Of a DNA stretch of 64,000 bases, positions 54,314 through 63,392 are shown piece after piece; positions within the stretch are counted from its first letter, which is position 1, and each line of letters begins with the position of its first letter. Under the pieces are notes generated by a model, which did no database searches, had not been told where the DNA came from, and worked only from the letters and a program-made list of their open reading frames with translations. The stretch is from Gemmatimonadota bacterium. GTDB taxonomy: Bacteria; Gemmatimonadota; Gemmatimonadetes; Gemmatimonadales; GWC2-71-9. The stretch covers positions 8,882-72,881 of the forward strand of contig JBDHJM010000001.1 in assembly GCA_039586895.1 (NCBI GenBank). Direction: 5' to 3'. Both the position numbers and the translations under genes were made by a program.

Positions 54314-57049
54314 ATGATCGCGACGGAAAAGGACCTCCAGACGCACACGATGACTCTCGACGGCGAGGCGGTCAGCTTCGCCGACGGCGAGACCATCTAC
54401 GAGGTGGCGCAGCGCCACGGGGGAGACATTCCCACACTGTGCTACGACGCCCGGCTGGAGGCGTTCGGAGGCTGCCGCCTCTGCGTGGTCGACGTCGAGG
54501 GCCAGCGCCTTCCCGTGGCATCCTGCACTACGAAGGCCGCGCCTGGCATGGTCGTGAACACCAGATCCGCCGGCGTCGAGAAGCACCGCAAAACGCTGCT
54601 CGAGATGGTCGCATCGGAGAACCGCGAACTCGAAGTGGACGAGCTGCGCGGTTACGCCGCGCAGGAGCTGGCCACGCTGGTCGAGCGCTACGACGCCCGC
54701 ACCGGGCGGTTCGCGGGCAGGCAGTCGGGCGCCACCCGGCAGGACGACGACAACCCGTTCATCCTGCGCGATTACGACCTGTGCATCTCGTGCTACCGCT
54801 GCACCCGCGTGTGTGCCGAGCAGGAGGGCGACCACGCCATCAGCGTCATGAACCGCGGCTTCGATACGCAGATCACCGTCGAGTTCGAGGGACTGCTCCG
54901 AGACTCCGCGTGCACGTTCTGTGGCCAGTGCGTGCAGACCTGCCCAACGGGCGCCCTCGCCGACCGGAAGGCCATGCGACACGCGGAAGTGCCGGAGCCC
55001 GTCGAGAAGACCCGCACCATCTGCACGTACTGTGGAGTCGGCTGTTCGGTCGACCTGCTCACCAAAGGCGACCGCGTGATCGGTGTCCTGCCGGCAATGG
55101 ACGGCCCGGCCAATGAGGGCGCGCTGTGCGTGAAAGGCCAGTTCGCCTACGACTTCGTGCAGCACCCGGACCGTCTCAAGGCACCGCTAGTGCGCGGCGC
55201 CGACGGCAGGCTGCACGAGACCGACTGGGATACCGCGCTCGACCGTGCGGCCGACGGCTTCCGCAACGTGGTGGCGGAGCACGGCCGCGACAGCGTGTAC
55301 GCTGTTGCGTCAGGACGGGCGCCCAGCGAGGCGGCCTACACGATGCAGAAGTTCGTGCGTGCGGGATGGGGGTTGAACCACATCGACAACTGCAGCCGTG
55401 CCTGACACGCTCCCACGGTTGCCGGTCTGGCAGCCACGATCGGACGGGGCGCGATGTCGAACCCGCTCGCGGACATGGAGAAGCCCGACGTCATATTCGC
55501 GATCGGGACGAACATGACCGAGTGCCACCCGGTGGCGGCCACCCGCCTCAAGCGGGCGCTGGCGCGGGGTGCGAAGATGATCGTGGCCGACCCGCGGCGG
55601 ATCGGACTGGCCGAGCTGGCAGACCTGTACCTCCCGATCCGGGTGGGCACCGACGTGGCTCTGCTGCTGGCGATGGCGCACGTAATCAGCCGCGAGGGAC
55701 TGGTGGATCCCGAGTTCATCGCGGACCGCACGACGGGGAGTGAAGAGCTTCTCGAACATGTGAAGCAGTTCCCGCCCGAGTGGGCCGAGCAGCTCACGGG
55801 GGTGCCGGCACAGGACATCGAGACGGCCGCCCTGTGGTACGGCCGCGCCGACAGGGGCGCCATCTACTACACGCTGGGCATCACCGAGCACATCTGCGGC
55901 GTGGACAACGTGCAGAGCCTATGCAACCTCGTTCTGATGACCGGGAACATCGGACGCGAAGGAACCGGCATAAACCCCATGCGGGGCCAGAACAACATCC
56001 AGGGAGCCGGCGACAGCGGCGCTCTGCCCAACAACTACCCCGGCTTCCAGCCCGTCACCGACCCCGAGAACCAGAAGAAGTTCGAGCGTCTCTACGGCAC
56101 GAAGGTGGACCTCGAAAAGGGGCCCACCAAGGTGACGGCGCTGGAGATGGCGGGCGACAAGATCCGTGCGATGCTGATCGACGGAGAGAACACCGTCGTG
56201 TCGGATCCCGACCGGCACCACTGCGAGCGCGCGCTGAAGGCGCTCGACCACCTCGTCGTGATCGACATCTTCATGACCGAGACGGCGGAGCTCGCCGACG
56301 TCGTGCTCCCGGCATCGGCATGGGGCGAGACCGACGGAGTGCAGGTGAACAGCGAACGGCGGGTGCAGCGGGTGCGGAAGGCGGTCGACCCTCCCGGCGA
56401 AGCCAGGCCTGACTGGTGGATCGTCTCCCAGCTGGCCAAGCGGCTCGGTTTCCAGGGCTTCGAGTTCGAGTCGGCGAAGGACGTGTTCAACGAGCTGTGC
56501 AGTCTGTCGCCGATCTACAATGGGCTCGACTGGGACCGGATCGACAGCGGTGAGCTGCAGTGGCCCGTGCCCGAGATAGGCCACCCTGGAACACCGATTC
56601 TGCACCAGCGGGAATTCAAGAACGGCAGGGGCGTCTTCAAGATCGTCGCCTACCGCGATCCCGCCGAAACCGTCGACGACGAATACCCGGTATGGCTCAC
56701 CACCGGGCGCCGCCTCGAGTCGTACCACACGCGCACTCAGACCGGCCGCTCGGACGGCATCGACTACCTCCTGCCGGAGGAGACCCTGGAGGTGCATCCC
56801 GACGACGTGGAGGCGTGGGGCCTCAGCGACGGGGGCTGGGCCGAGATGTCCAGTCCGCGCGGCTGTGTCATGATCAAGGTGAAGGCTACACGGCGGTCTC
56901 CCCGGGGCACCGTGTTCGCCAGCTTCTCCTTCAACGACACGCCGGTCAACGTGCTCACGGGCGGCGGCTACGACCCGGTGACGCACACGGCGGAGCTCAA
57001 GGTATGCCCGGTGAGGGTCGAGCCCGCCGGCAAGCCCGCAGGTGTCTAG
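54314..57049 (+). CDS. fdhA: Formate dehydrogenase catalytic (alpha) subunit, selenocysteine-containing (UGA at codon 364 read as Sec)
   Basis: One frame spans both track ORFs (54314-55405 and 55454-57049). N-terminal 2Fe-2S and 4Fe-4S modules (CRLC..., CISCYRCTRVC, CTFCGQCVQTCP, CTYCGVGC) precede the Mo-bisPGD domains. The TGA at 55403-55405 sits in ...IDNCSRA-U-HAPTVAGL...GRGAMSN, the FdhF-type active-site motif. Confidence 0.9.
55403..55440 (+). promoter_or_regulatory. UGA(Sec) codon plus bacterial SECIS hairpin
   Basis: UGA, 11 nt, then GGUUGCC(55417-55423)-GGUCU-GGCAGCC(55429-55435). The 7-bp stem includes one G-U pair. Spacing and GGUC loop resemble the E. coli fdhF element as I remember it. 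Confidence 0.8.
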
Positions 57050-57067
57050 CGGTGGAGGAATCATTGC

Positions 57068-58492
57068 ATGAGTAATGCGGACGTGCTGCAGGCGACGGCG
57101 CACCTGCGCGACCGCGTAGTGGGGGTCGGCCAGATGATCCCGCTGCTGGACGGGACGCTGGCGCCGTACATCAATCTGGACAACGCGGCGACGACCCCCC
57201 CGCTCAGCGACGTGGCAGACGCCGTCGCTGAGTTCCTGCCGTACTACTCCAGCGTACACCGCGGCTCCGGCTTCAAGTCGCGCCTCAGCACCATGGTCTA
57301 CGACCAGGCCCACGAGATCATCGCTCGGTTCGTGGGGGCGGACCCCGAGACCAACTGCGTCATCTTCGGGAAGAACACGACGGACGCGGTGAACAAGCTG
57401 TCATACCGGCTGCCGCTCGATTCGGACTCCGTGGTGATCACCACGGTGATGGAGCACCACTCCAACGACCTGCCGTGGCGCAACCGCGCCAACTGCGTGC
57501 ACGTGCAGTGCACTCCCGACGGCCGGCTGGACGAGGAGGACTTCGACCGCCAGCTGGAGAAGCACGCCGGGAAGATCGCCCTGGTCGCCGTGACCGCCGC
57601 CTCGAACGTGTCGGGCCACCTACAGCCGGTGCACCGCCTCGCGCGGAAGACGCACGAGGCAGGCGCGAAGATCATGGTGGACGCGGCACAGCTCGCGCCG
57701 CACCGCCAGGTGGACATGAAACCGGACAACGATCCGGAGCACCTGGACTTCGTCGCCATCGCGGGCCACAAGATGTACGCGCCGTTCGGCACCGGGGCAT
57801 TGATCGGATCCAGCGACTTCTTTCTGCAGGGCGGTCCGGAATACCCGGGCGGCGGCACCGTGGACGTTGTGACGCTGGACGAGGTGCACTGGGCCGGGAT
57901 GCCGGACCGCGACGAGGCCGGCAGCCCCAACGTTGTTGGAGCGATGGCCATGGCCCGGGCGGCTCAGGTGCTGATGGACGTGGGCATGGATAACGTGGCC
58001 GCGCACGAGGCGCACTTGACGGCTTACACTCTCGAACGCCTCGGCGAAGTGCCGGGCATCCGAGTTTTCGGTGAGACCGATCCCGCCAAGAGCGACCAGA
58101 GAGTGGGAGTCGTGCCCTTCAACATCGAGGGCGTGAACCACTACCTGGTGGCGGCGGTTCTGGGATACGAGGGCGGCGTGGGAGTGCGGAGCGGCTGCTT
58201 CTGCGCCCACCCGTACGTGGTCCACCTGCTGCAGCTTCCCGAGAGCGAGCGCAGCGCGTGGAAGAGCCGGGTTTTGGGCGGCGACAAGAGGGACATGCCC
58301 GGCCTGGTCCGCGCCAGCTTCGGGTGCTACAGCAGCACCGAGGACGTGGACCGAATGGTGGACATGCTGGTCCGCGTGGCCCGAGGGGAATACGCGGGGA
58401 CGTACGAGGTGCACGTGCCCAGCGGGGACTACGTCCCCTCGGGCTATCGCGAGCCGATGCCCGACTTCTTCACCCTGGAAGCTGAGGGCTAG
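57068..58492 (+). CDS. Class-V aminotransferase fold: cysteine desulfurase / selenocysteine lyase-like enzyme
   Basis: ...NLDNAATTP..., PLP-lysine context AIAGHKMYAPFGTGAL, active-site Cys loop VRSGCFCAHPY (compare SufS R-T-G-H-H-C-A). About 70-aa C-terminal extension. Confidence 0.88.
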   Translation: MSNADVLQATAHLRDRVVGVGQMIPLLDGTLAPYINLDNAATTPPLSDVADAVAEFLPYYSSVHRGSGFKSRLSTMVYDQAHEIIARFVGADPETNCVIFGKNTTDAVNKLSYRLPLDSDSVVITTVMEHHSNDLPWRNRANCVHVQCTPDGRLDEEDFDRQLEKHAGKIALVAVTAASNVSGHLQPVHRLARKTHEAGAKIMVDAAQLAPHRQVDMKPDNDPEHLDFVAIAGHKMYAPFGTGALIGSSDFFLQGGPEYPGGGTVDVVTLDEVHWAGMPDRDEAGSPNVVGAMAMARAAQVLMDVGMDNVAAHEAHLTAYTLERLGEVPGIRVFGETDPAKSDQRVGVVPFNIEGVNHYLVAAVLGYEGGVGVRSGCFCAHPYVVHLLQLPESERSAWKSRVLGGDKRDMPGLVRASFGCYSSTEDVDRMVDMLVRVARGEYAGTYEVHVPSGDYVPSGYREPMPDFFTLEAEG

Positions 58493-58510
58493 AGCGCCCT
58501 CCCTACGGTC

Positions 58511-58681
58511 CTACTGCGCGTCGCTTGCGGTGTCGCGCACCATTACCGTGTCGGCCGGCATGGTGTCGGCCTGCATCTCCTCGACGGCTTCGGCGGGCGC
58601 CTCCTCCATCGCTTCTTCCCCACCCTCTGCAGCACACCCGGCGAGCGCGATTACGACGAGCACAGCGAACAGCCGCTTCAT
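58511..58681 (-). CDS. Unannotated 56-aa acidic lipoprotein
   Basis: GGGGGAGA upstream of ATG 58681. MKRLFAVLVVIALAGCAAEGGEEAMEEAPAEAVEEMQADTMPADTVMVRDTASDAQ. The track lists only a different-frame 72-aa ORF here. Confidence 0.5.
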   Translation of the reverse strand: MKRLFAVLVVIALAGCAAEGGEEAMEEAPAEAVEEMQADTMPADTVMVRDTASDAQ

Positions 58682-58812
58682 GAGATTCTCCCCCTGAGGT
58701 GCATCGTACAGGTACCCCCATCTAATTTACCGGTGTGGGCTGCGTGCCGGTCAACCGGGTACGCGCCGCATTCCCGACCGTTGCAGTCGCAACCTCTCCA
58801 GGGCGTGAGCGC

Positions 58813-61167
58813 GTGACCGACCGACGCAGTTTTCTTTCTGCATTGACACTGGGCCTGGTCGGAGCCGCCCTGCCGGGCTCGCGCCGCACCAGTCCCAGGG
58901 TGGAGGCAGAGCCCACCGTGTTCCGCGCCAACCCGGACGGCCGGCTCTCCCTGGTTCGCTTCTTCGTGAGGGACGTGGATGCCCCGGCGGGGCGTCTGCG
59001 CGTTTACGACGACCGGCGCCGGCTGCTTGGAACCGCCGGCGTGATCCGCTCCGGCGACGTGCTTTACGGCGAGCTGTGGCTCCCGTTGGAGCGCCGCACC
59101 CGGATCCGGAGTCAGCTCGAGTCCCCCGGGGTGCAGGGTGTGCTGCGGTCCGACCACTCGCTCAGGCCCAAGCGGCGCTGGACGATCCACTGGATCACCG
59201 CTGCCGACCCGCTTCGCCTCGCGCTCGGGCTCGAGGGGGCGAACCCGCTCGCTCGCGGTTTGCAGGCCGCGCAGTGGGCGGAGAGTGGGGTCGCGGGCAA
59301 CCCGCTGGCGCCGCTCGACACACTCGAGCTGCGGGACCACGTGGAGCTGCTGCAGATGGCCATGCCGGCCCGCGACCTGGAGGTCGAGTACCGCCTGCCG
59401 GTGAGCGTAATGGCGGCGGCGCCGGAGGGAGAAGACGTGATAGCCAGCGCCCTGCTCGCGCTGGCAGGATCGGGCGTGCGCTACGTGGCGCGCCCGTGGC
59501 ACCACGGCGACCCCCCGTTCGAGTGGTGGAGCGCTCCGGACGGATCCCGCATACTCGCGGTGGCGGTGCCGCACGGCGCAGAGTCGCGTGCCCTGGGCTT
59601 CGCCGAGTCCACAGGCGAGATGACGCGCCGCGTGGAGCAGTGGCTCGAGACGTCGCCGCTGCTCATCGCGCCTGGCGCGTCGCCCGAGGACCGCTCTTCG
59701 GACGGCACCGCGTTCGTGGTGGACACCGAGCCCGATTCCGATATCGGCCGCATGCTGGCTGCGGTGCGGGAGTGGAACACACGGTACGCGTTTCCGCGCA
59801 TCGTGATCGGCCCGGGCGATGACCTGCGGAGCGTGATCGACCGCATGCGCGGCCCGGCCACTCCCGTCTTTCGTCCGTCGTACCACTCCCACCGCACCGT
59901 GCCCGACCTGGCCGGAGTCACCGCGCTCGCAGGCAAGCGCCGCAGCGCAGAGGCAGCCCGCGCCGCCGGCGTCGCGATGTCGATCGCCCGGCTGCTGGGA
60001 GACGAGCCGGGCGCCGCTGACGCGCTACAGTTGCTCGCCGGAGAGATCGACTCGGAACTGCCGGGCACCCTGGTACTCAACCCGGCGCCGTTCCACAGGA
60101 GCGGAGTGGCACTGCGGCCCGACGGCGGACTGCAGACGGCAACCGACGTGCCGGGGCTGGGCTACGCGTTCCTGGTGGACGCGGGCGCGCATCCCGCAGT
60201 TGCCGACCCGGAAGAAGTGCCCGCCGTTCCACCACTCACCGTGCTGCAGGGGCGCCACGTGCGGCTGGAGCTCGACAGGGAGTCGGGCGCGGTGCGCTCG
60301 CTGATCGCCGCCGATGCGGGACGCGAGTGGGTGCGCCCCGATGGTGACGGCCTCAACGCCCTGCCCGGCTCCATCCTGGAGCGGCTCGAGCGGCAGCGCT
60401 TTCCCGGCGTCGCAACGCGCCTCGTGGCGCGGCGTTGGTCTCCCGCCCGCGGCAACGTGCGCTCGACCGTGACCGTGTACGACGACATGCCGTGGGTCGA
60501 CATCGAGAACGAAGCGTCTCCGGTCGGCACCTCGCCCGTGCAGTACCTGTTCGGATTCGACGCGCCCGAGCCGCACGCGATGTGGGAGGTGCCGGCCGGA
60601 CACGAGGAGGCTGCGGCGCCGGTACGGCGCGTTGCGCACCTTCGGTGGCTGTCCCTCGAGTCGCAGGAAGGCAGCGTTCTCCTTCGCGGGCACGACGCAC
60701 CATTCGTCTCGGTCCTCGACGACGGCACCGTCGTGAGCTTCGGCCCGCGCGGCCGCGCGCGCTACCGTGTGGCGGTGTCCGGCGATCCCGTGAGCGCGGC
60801 AACCGCCACCCGGTTCGGCTGGGGCGCAGAGCCCTTCATGACCGCTCACGTATCGGGAGGCGGCTCCCGCCGCCTGCCGCGCTACGGTGGGCTCCTCAGC
60901 GTGGATCAGCCCGGTGTGGCCGTGCTGGACGTACGGCGCGCCTGGAACGGCGCAGGTGTGATCGTGTTCCTGCAGGAGCTGATGGGCTCGGGCCGGTTCG
61001 TTTCGCTGGGCTCGGGACTGCTCTCGTTCGACGCGGCAGCGCCGGTGGACCTGCTGGAGCGCGAAACCGGCGAAGAGGCCACCCTTGTTCCCGGCGGGGT
61101 GCTCGCGTACTTGCCGCCCTGGGGCGTAACGGCGCTGCGGCTCACCGGCCTGGGGCTGGGGGGTTGA
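58813..61167 (+). CDS. Tat-signal secreted protein, about 784 aa, unknown function (weak GH38-C-terminal-like resemblance)
   Basis: GTG 58813 gives VTDRRSFLSALTLGLVGAAL (twin-arginine S/T-R-R-x-F-L). The mature part has no Cys. The stretch ...LQGRHVRLELDRESGAVRSLIAADAGREWV... recalls alpha-mannosidase middle/C domains. Confidence 0.6.
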   Translation: MTDRRSFLSALTLGLVGAALPGSRRTSPRVEAEPTVFRANPDGRLSLVRFFVRDVDAPAGRLRVYDDRRRLLGTAGVIRSGDVLYGELWLPLERRTRIRSQLESPGVQGVLRSDHSLRPKRRWTIHWITAADPLRLALGLEGANPLARGLQAAQWAESGVAGNPLAPLDTLELRDHVELLQMAMPARDLEVEYRLPVSVMAAAPEGEDVIASALLALAGSGVRYVARPWHHGDPPFEWWSAPDGSRILAVAVPHGAESRALGFAESTGEMTRRVEQWLETSPLLIAPGASPEDRSSDGTAFVVDTEPDSDIGRMLAAVREWNTRYAFPRIVIGPGDDLRSVIDRMRGPATPVFRPSYHSHRTVPDLAGVTALAGKRRSAEAARAAGVAMSIARLLGDEPGAADALQLLAGEIDSELPGTLVLNPAPFHRSGVALRPDGGLQTATDVPGLGYAFLVDAGAHPAVADPEEVPAVPPLTVLQGRHVRLELDRESGAVRSLIAADAGREWVRPDGDGLNALPGSILERLERQRFPGVATRLVARRWSPARGNVRSTVTVYDDMPWVDIENEASPVGTSPVQYLFGFDAPEPHAMWEVPAGHEEAAAPVRRVAHLRWLSLESQEGSVLLRGHDAPFVSVLDDGTVVSFGPRGRARYRVAVSGDPVSAATATRFGWGAEPFMTAHVSGGGSRRLPRYGGLLSVDQPGVAVLDVRRAWNGAGVIVFLQELMGSGRFVSLGSGLLSFDAAAPVDLLERETGEEATLVPGGVLAYLPPWGVTALRLTGLGLGG

Positions 61168-61275
61168 ACACGGTCGGGTCTAGGGCGTATATCGTTTAGT
61201 AAGGACGCCTGAACACCTCCCGTCGCCTAGCGTTCCGCTTGGCTGCCTCCCCGATCACCGGCGCCCAGGAGTCTC

Positions 61276-62745
61276 ATGTCCCTCCCAGCAACGCTCCGTG
61301 ACCTCAAACAGACCGAATGGTCCGAACCCAGAGTGCACCTGCGCTCCGTCAAGGACGAGATGCGCGCCAACCTCGTGTGCATGCTCGAGGCAGACAAGGA
61401 GATCTTCCCGGGAATAGTCGGTTTCGAGGATACCGTAGTGCCGCAGGTCGTGAACGCGGTGCTGGGGCGCCACAACTTCATCCTGCTGGGGCTGCGCGGC
61501 CAGGCCAAGAGCCGCATACTCCGCGCTCTGGTCGAGCTCCTCGACGAGGAGATCCCGATCCTGGCGGGCAGCGAGGTGAACGACAACCCGTTCCAGCCCA
61601 TCTCCAAGTTCGGGCGCCAGCTCCTGGAGGAGCATGGTGACCTGGCACCCATCGAGTGGATCCCGCGGCACCGCCGTTACGTCGAGAAACTGGCCACGCC
61701 CGACGTGACCATCGCGGACATCATCGGCGACGTGGATCCGATCAAGGCCGCCAGAGGCGGCCACCTGCTGTCCGACGAGCTCACGATCCACTACGGCCTG
61801 CTGCCCCGCAGCAACCGTGGCGTGTTCGCGATCAACGAGCTGCCCGACCTGGCGGGCAAGATCCAGGTGGGTCTGTTCAACATCATGCAGGAGGGCGACG
61901 TCCAGATCAAAGGCTATCCGATCAGGCTCGCCCTCGACGTGCTGCTGGTCTTCTCTGCCAACCCGGAGGACTACACGGCACGGGGCAAGATCATCACGCC
62001 GCTCAAGGACCGGATCGGCAGCGAGATCCTCACACACTACCCGCCCACCGTCGAGCACGGGATGGACATCACGGAACAGGAGGCGTGGCTCGACCGCGAC
62101 GGGCGGCAGACCGAGGTTCCGGACTTCATCCGGGAGGTGGTCGAGCGCATCGCGTTCGAGGCACGCAAGGACAAGCGGATCGACGGCCGCTCGGGCGTTA
62201 GCCAGCGGCTGCCGATAAGCGTCCTGGAGAACGTCGTTTCGTCGGCGGAGCAGCGGGCCATCGCGTGCAGGGAGAAGCGCGTCGTTCCGCGAATCTCAGA
62301 CGTGTACGGAGCGCTCCCGTCCATCACCGGCAAGATCGAGCTGGAATACGAAGGCGAGCTGCAGGGTGCGGCAACGATTGCCGCCGATCTGGTGCGCCGC
62401 GCCGCGGGAGAGACCTTCGACGCCCGCCTGGGCGGACTGGACTGCGAGGAGATCGTGGAGTGGTTCGACCAGGGCGGGGCCCTCAAGGTCTCGCCCGGTG
62501 AACCATCGGACGTATGCCTCAAAGGCTTCTCAGTCGTGCCGGGTCTGCTGCAAGCGGTCGAGCTGGCAGGGCTGGGATCCAAGAAGGACGCCCCCACCAG
62601 CGTCGCCGCCTGCGAGCTCATTCTGGAGGGGCTGGTCGCGCACCGGCGCATTGCCCGCTCCGACGAGCTCGGATACTCGCGTGCCCGCCCGGACCGGCCG
62701 CCCGGCTTCGGTTCGGGCCTGAGCGGCAAGGACCTGGGCATCTGA
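61276..62745 (+). CDS. ChlI/Mg-chelatase-like AAA+ ATPase family protein with variant Walker motifs
   Basis: ...FPGIVGFEDTVVPQVVNAVLGRHNFILLGLRGQAKSRILRAL..., ...RGVFAINELPDL..., ...LVFSANPEDY...; 489 aa. Confidence 0.8.
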   Translation: MSLPATLRDLKQTEWSEPRVHLRSVKDEMRANLVCMLEADKEIFPGIVGFEDTVVPQVVNAVLGRHNFILLGLRGQAKSRILRALVELLDEEIPILAGSEVNDNPFQPISKFGRQLLEEHGDLAPIEWIPRHRRYVEKLATPDVTIADIIGDVDPIKAARGGHLLSDELTIHYGLLPRSNRGVFAINELPDLAGKIQVGLFNIMQEGDVQIKGYPIRLALDVLLVFSANPEDYTARGKIITPLKDRIGSEILTHYPPTVEHGMDITEQEAWLDRDGRQTEVPDFIREVVERIAFEARKDKRIDGRSGVSQRLPISVLENVVSSAEQRAIACREKRVVPRISDVYGALPSITGKIELEYEGELQGAATIAADLVRRAAGETFDARLGGLDCEEIVEWFDQGGALKVSPGEPSDVCLKGFSVVPGLLQAVELAGLGSKKDAPTSVAACELILEGLVAHRRIARSDELGYSRARPDRPPGFGSGLSGKDLGI

Positions 62746-63392
62746 TGCCGATCATCACGATCTCGCGCCAGTTCGCGTCGGGCGGCTCCGACATCGCGCG
62801 GCTCGTGGCCGAGCGCCTCGGCTGGCAGCTGGTGGACAACGAGTTCGTGGACCGCGTGGCGGAGCAGGCGGGACTCACCCCCAACGAAGTGGCCGAGCGC
62901 GAGGAGCGCGTGCCTGGACTGGCCGAGCGCCTGGCGCGCGCGCTGGCGATCTCGTCACCGGAGGTGTTCGTAGCCACGGGGGAGCCTCCCGAGCCCCGCT
63001 TCGGCAGCGAGGCGGACCTGGTGCGCGCGACGGAGGCGGTCATCAACCAGGCGGTTCAGGAGGGCGACGACCTCATCATGGTCGGGCGCGGCGCACAGGC
63101 ACACCTCGCGGAGCACGAGAACACGCTCCACGTGTACGTCGTGGCTCCGCGCGACTCGCGCGTGCGCTCGGCGATGGGTCGGCTCGGGGTGGACCGAAAA
63201 GAGGCCGAGGACGCCGTGGACAAGACCGACGCCAACCGGCGGCGCTACGTGAAGATCCACTACGACCGCCAGTGGGACGATCCGGAGGGCTACCACCTGG
63301 TGCTCAACACCGCGGCGTTCGGATACGAGCAGTGCGCCGACCTGATCGCACAGGCCGCGCGGGCGCGCGGCTGGTGCGCCGAGGTCTCCTAG
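62745..63392 (+). CDS. Cytidylate-kinase-like family protein (Cytidylate_kin2-type)
   Basis: MPIITISRQFASGGSDIARLVAERLGWQLVDNEF... ATG shares 1 nt with the upstream TGA. Confidence 0.75.
   Translation: MPIITISRQFASGGSDIARLVAERLGWQLVDNEFVDRVAEQAGLTPNEVAEREERVPGLAERLARALAISSPEVFVATGEPPEPRFGSEADLVRATEAVINQAVQEGDDLIMVGRGAQAHLAEHENTLHVYVVAPRDSRVRSAMGRLGVDRKEAEDAVDKTDANRRRYVKIHYDRQWDDPEGYHLVLNTAAFGYEQCADLIAQAARARGWCAEVS

Noticed and set aside
52691-55165. Very long antisense or alternative-frame ORFs (for example 52691-55165 minus 824 aa, 3820-5067 minus, 142-1386 plus, 29632-31527 plus, 15893-17833 plus, 10326-11687 minus, 44930-46447 minus)
   Set aside because: They are Arg/Ala/Gly/Pro-rich low-complexity translations, typical of shadow frames in high-GC DNA. 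Each lies opposite or out of frame to a gene with unmistakable family motifs.
55403-55454. Reading the FDH catalytic gene as a pseudogene or as two separate genes (ORFs 54314-55405 and 55454-57049)
   Set aside because: Both parts are in one frame. The 16 codons after the TGA encode the conserved active-site continuation (HAPTVAGL...GRGA). A SECIS-like hairpin follows at canonical distance. Selenocysteine recoding explains all of this better.
61276-62745. Calling the ChlI-like gene a genuine (bacterio)chlorophyll Mg-chelatase subunit
   Set aside because: There are no bchD/bchH or other photosynthesis genes nearby. The Walker motifs are altered, and the protein carries a long C-terminal extension that ChlI lacks. 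Only the family-level call is kept.
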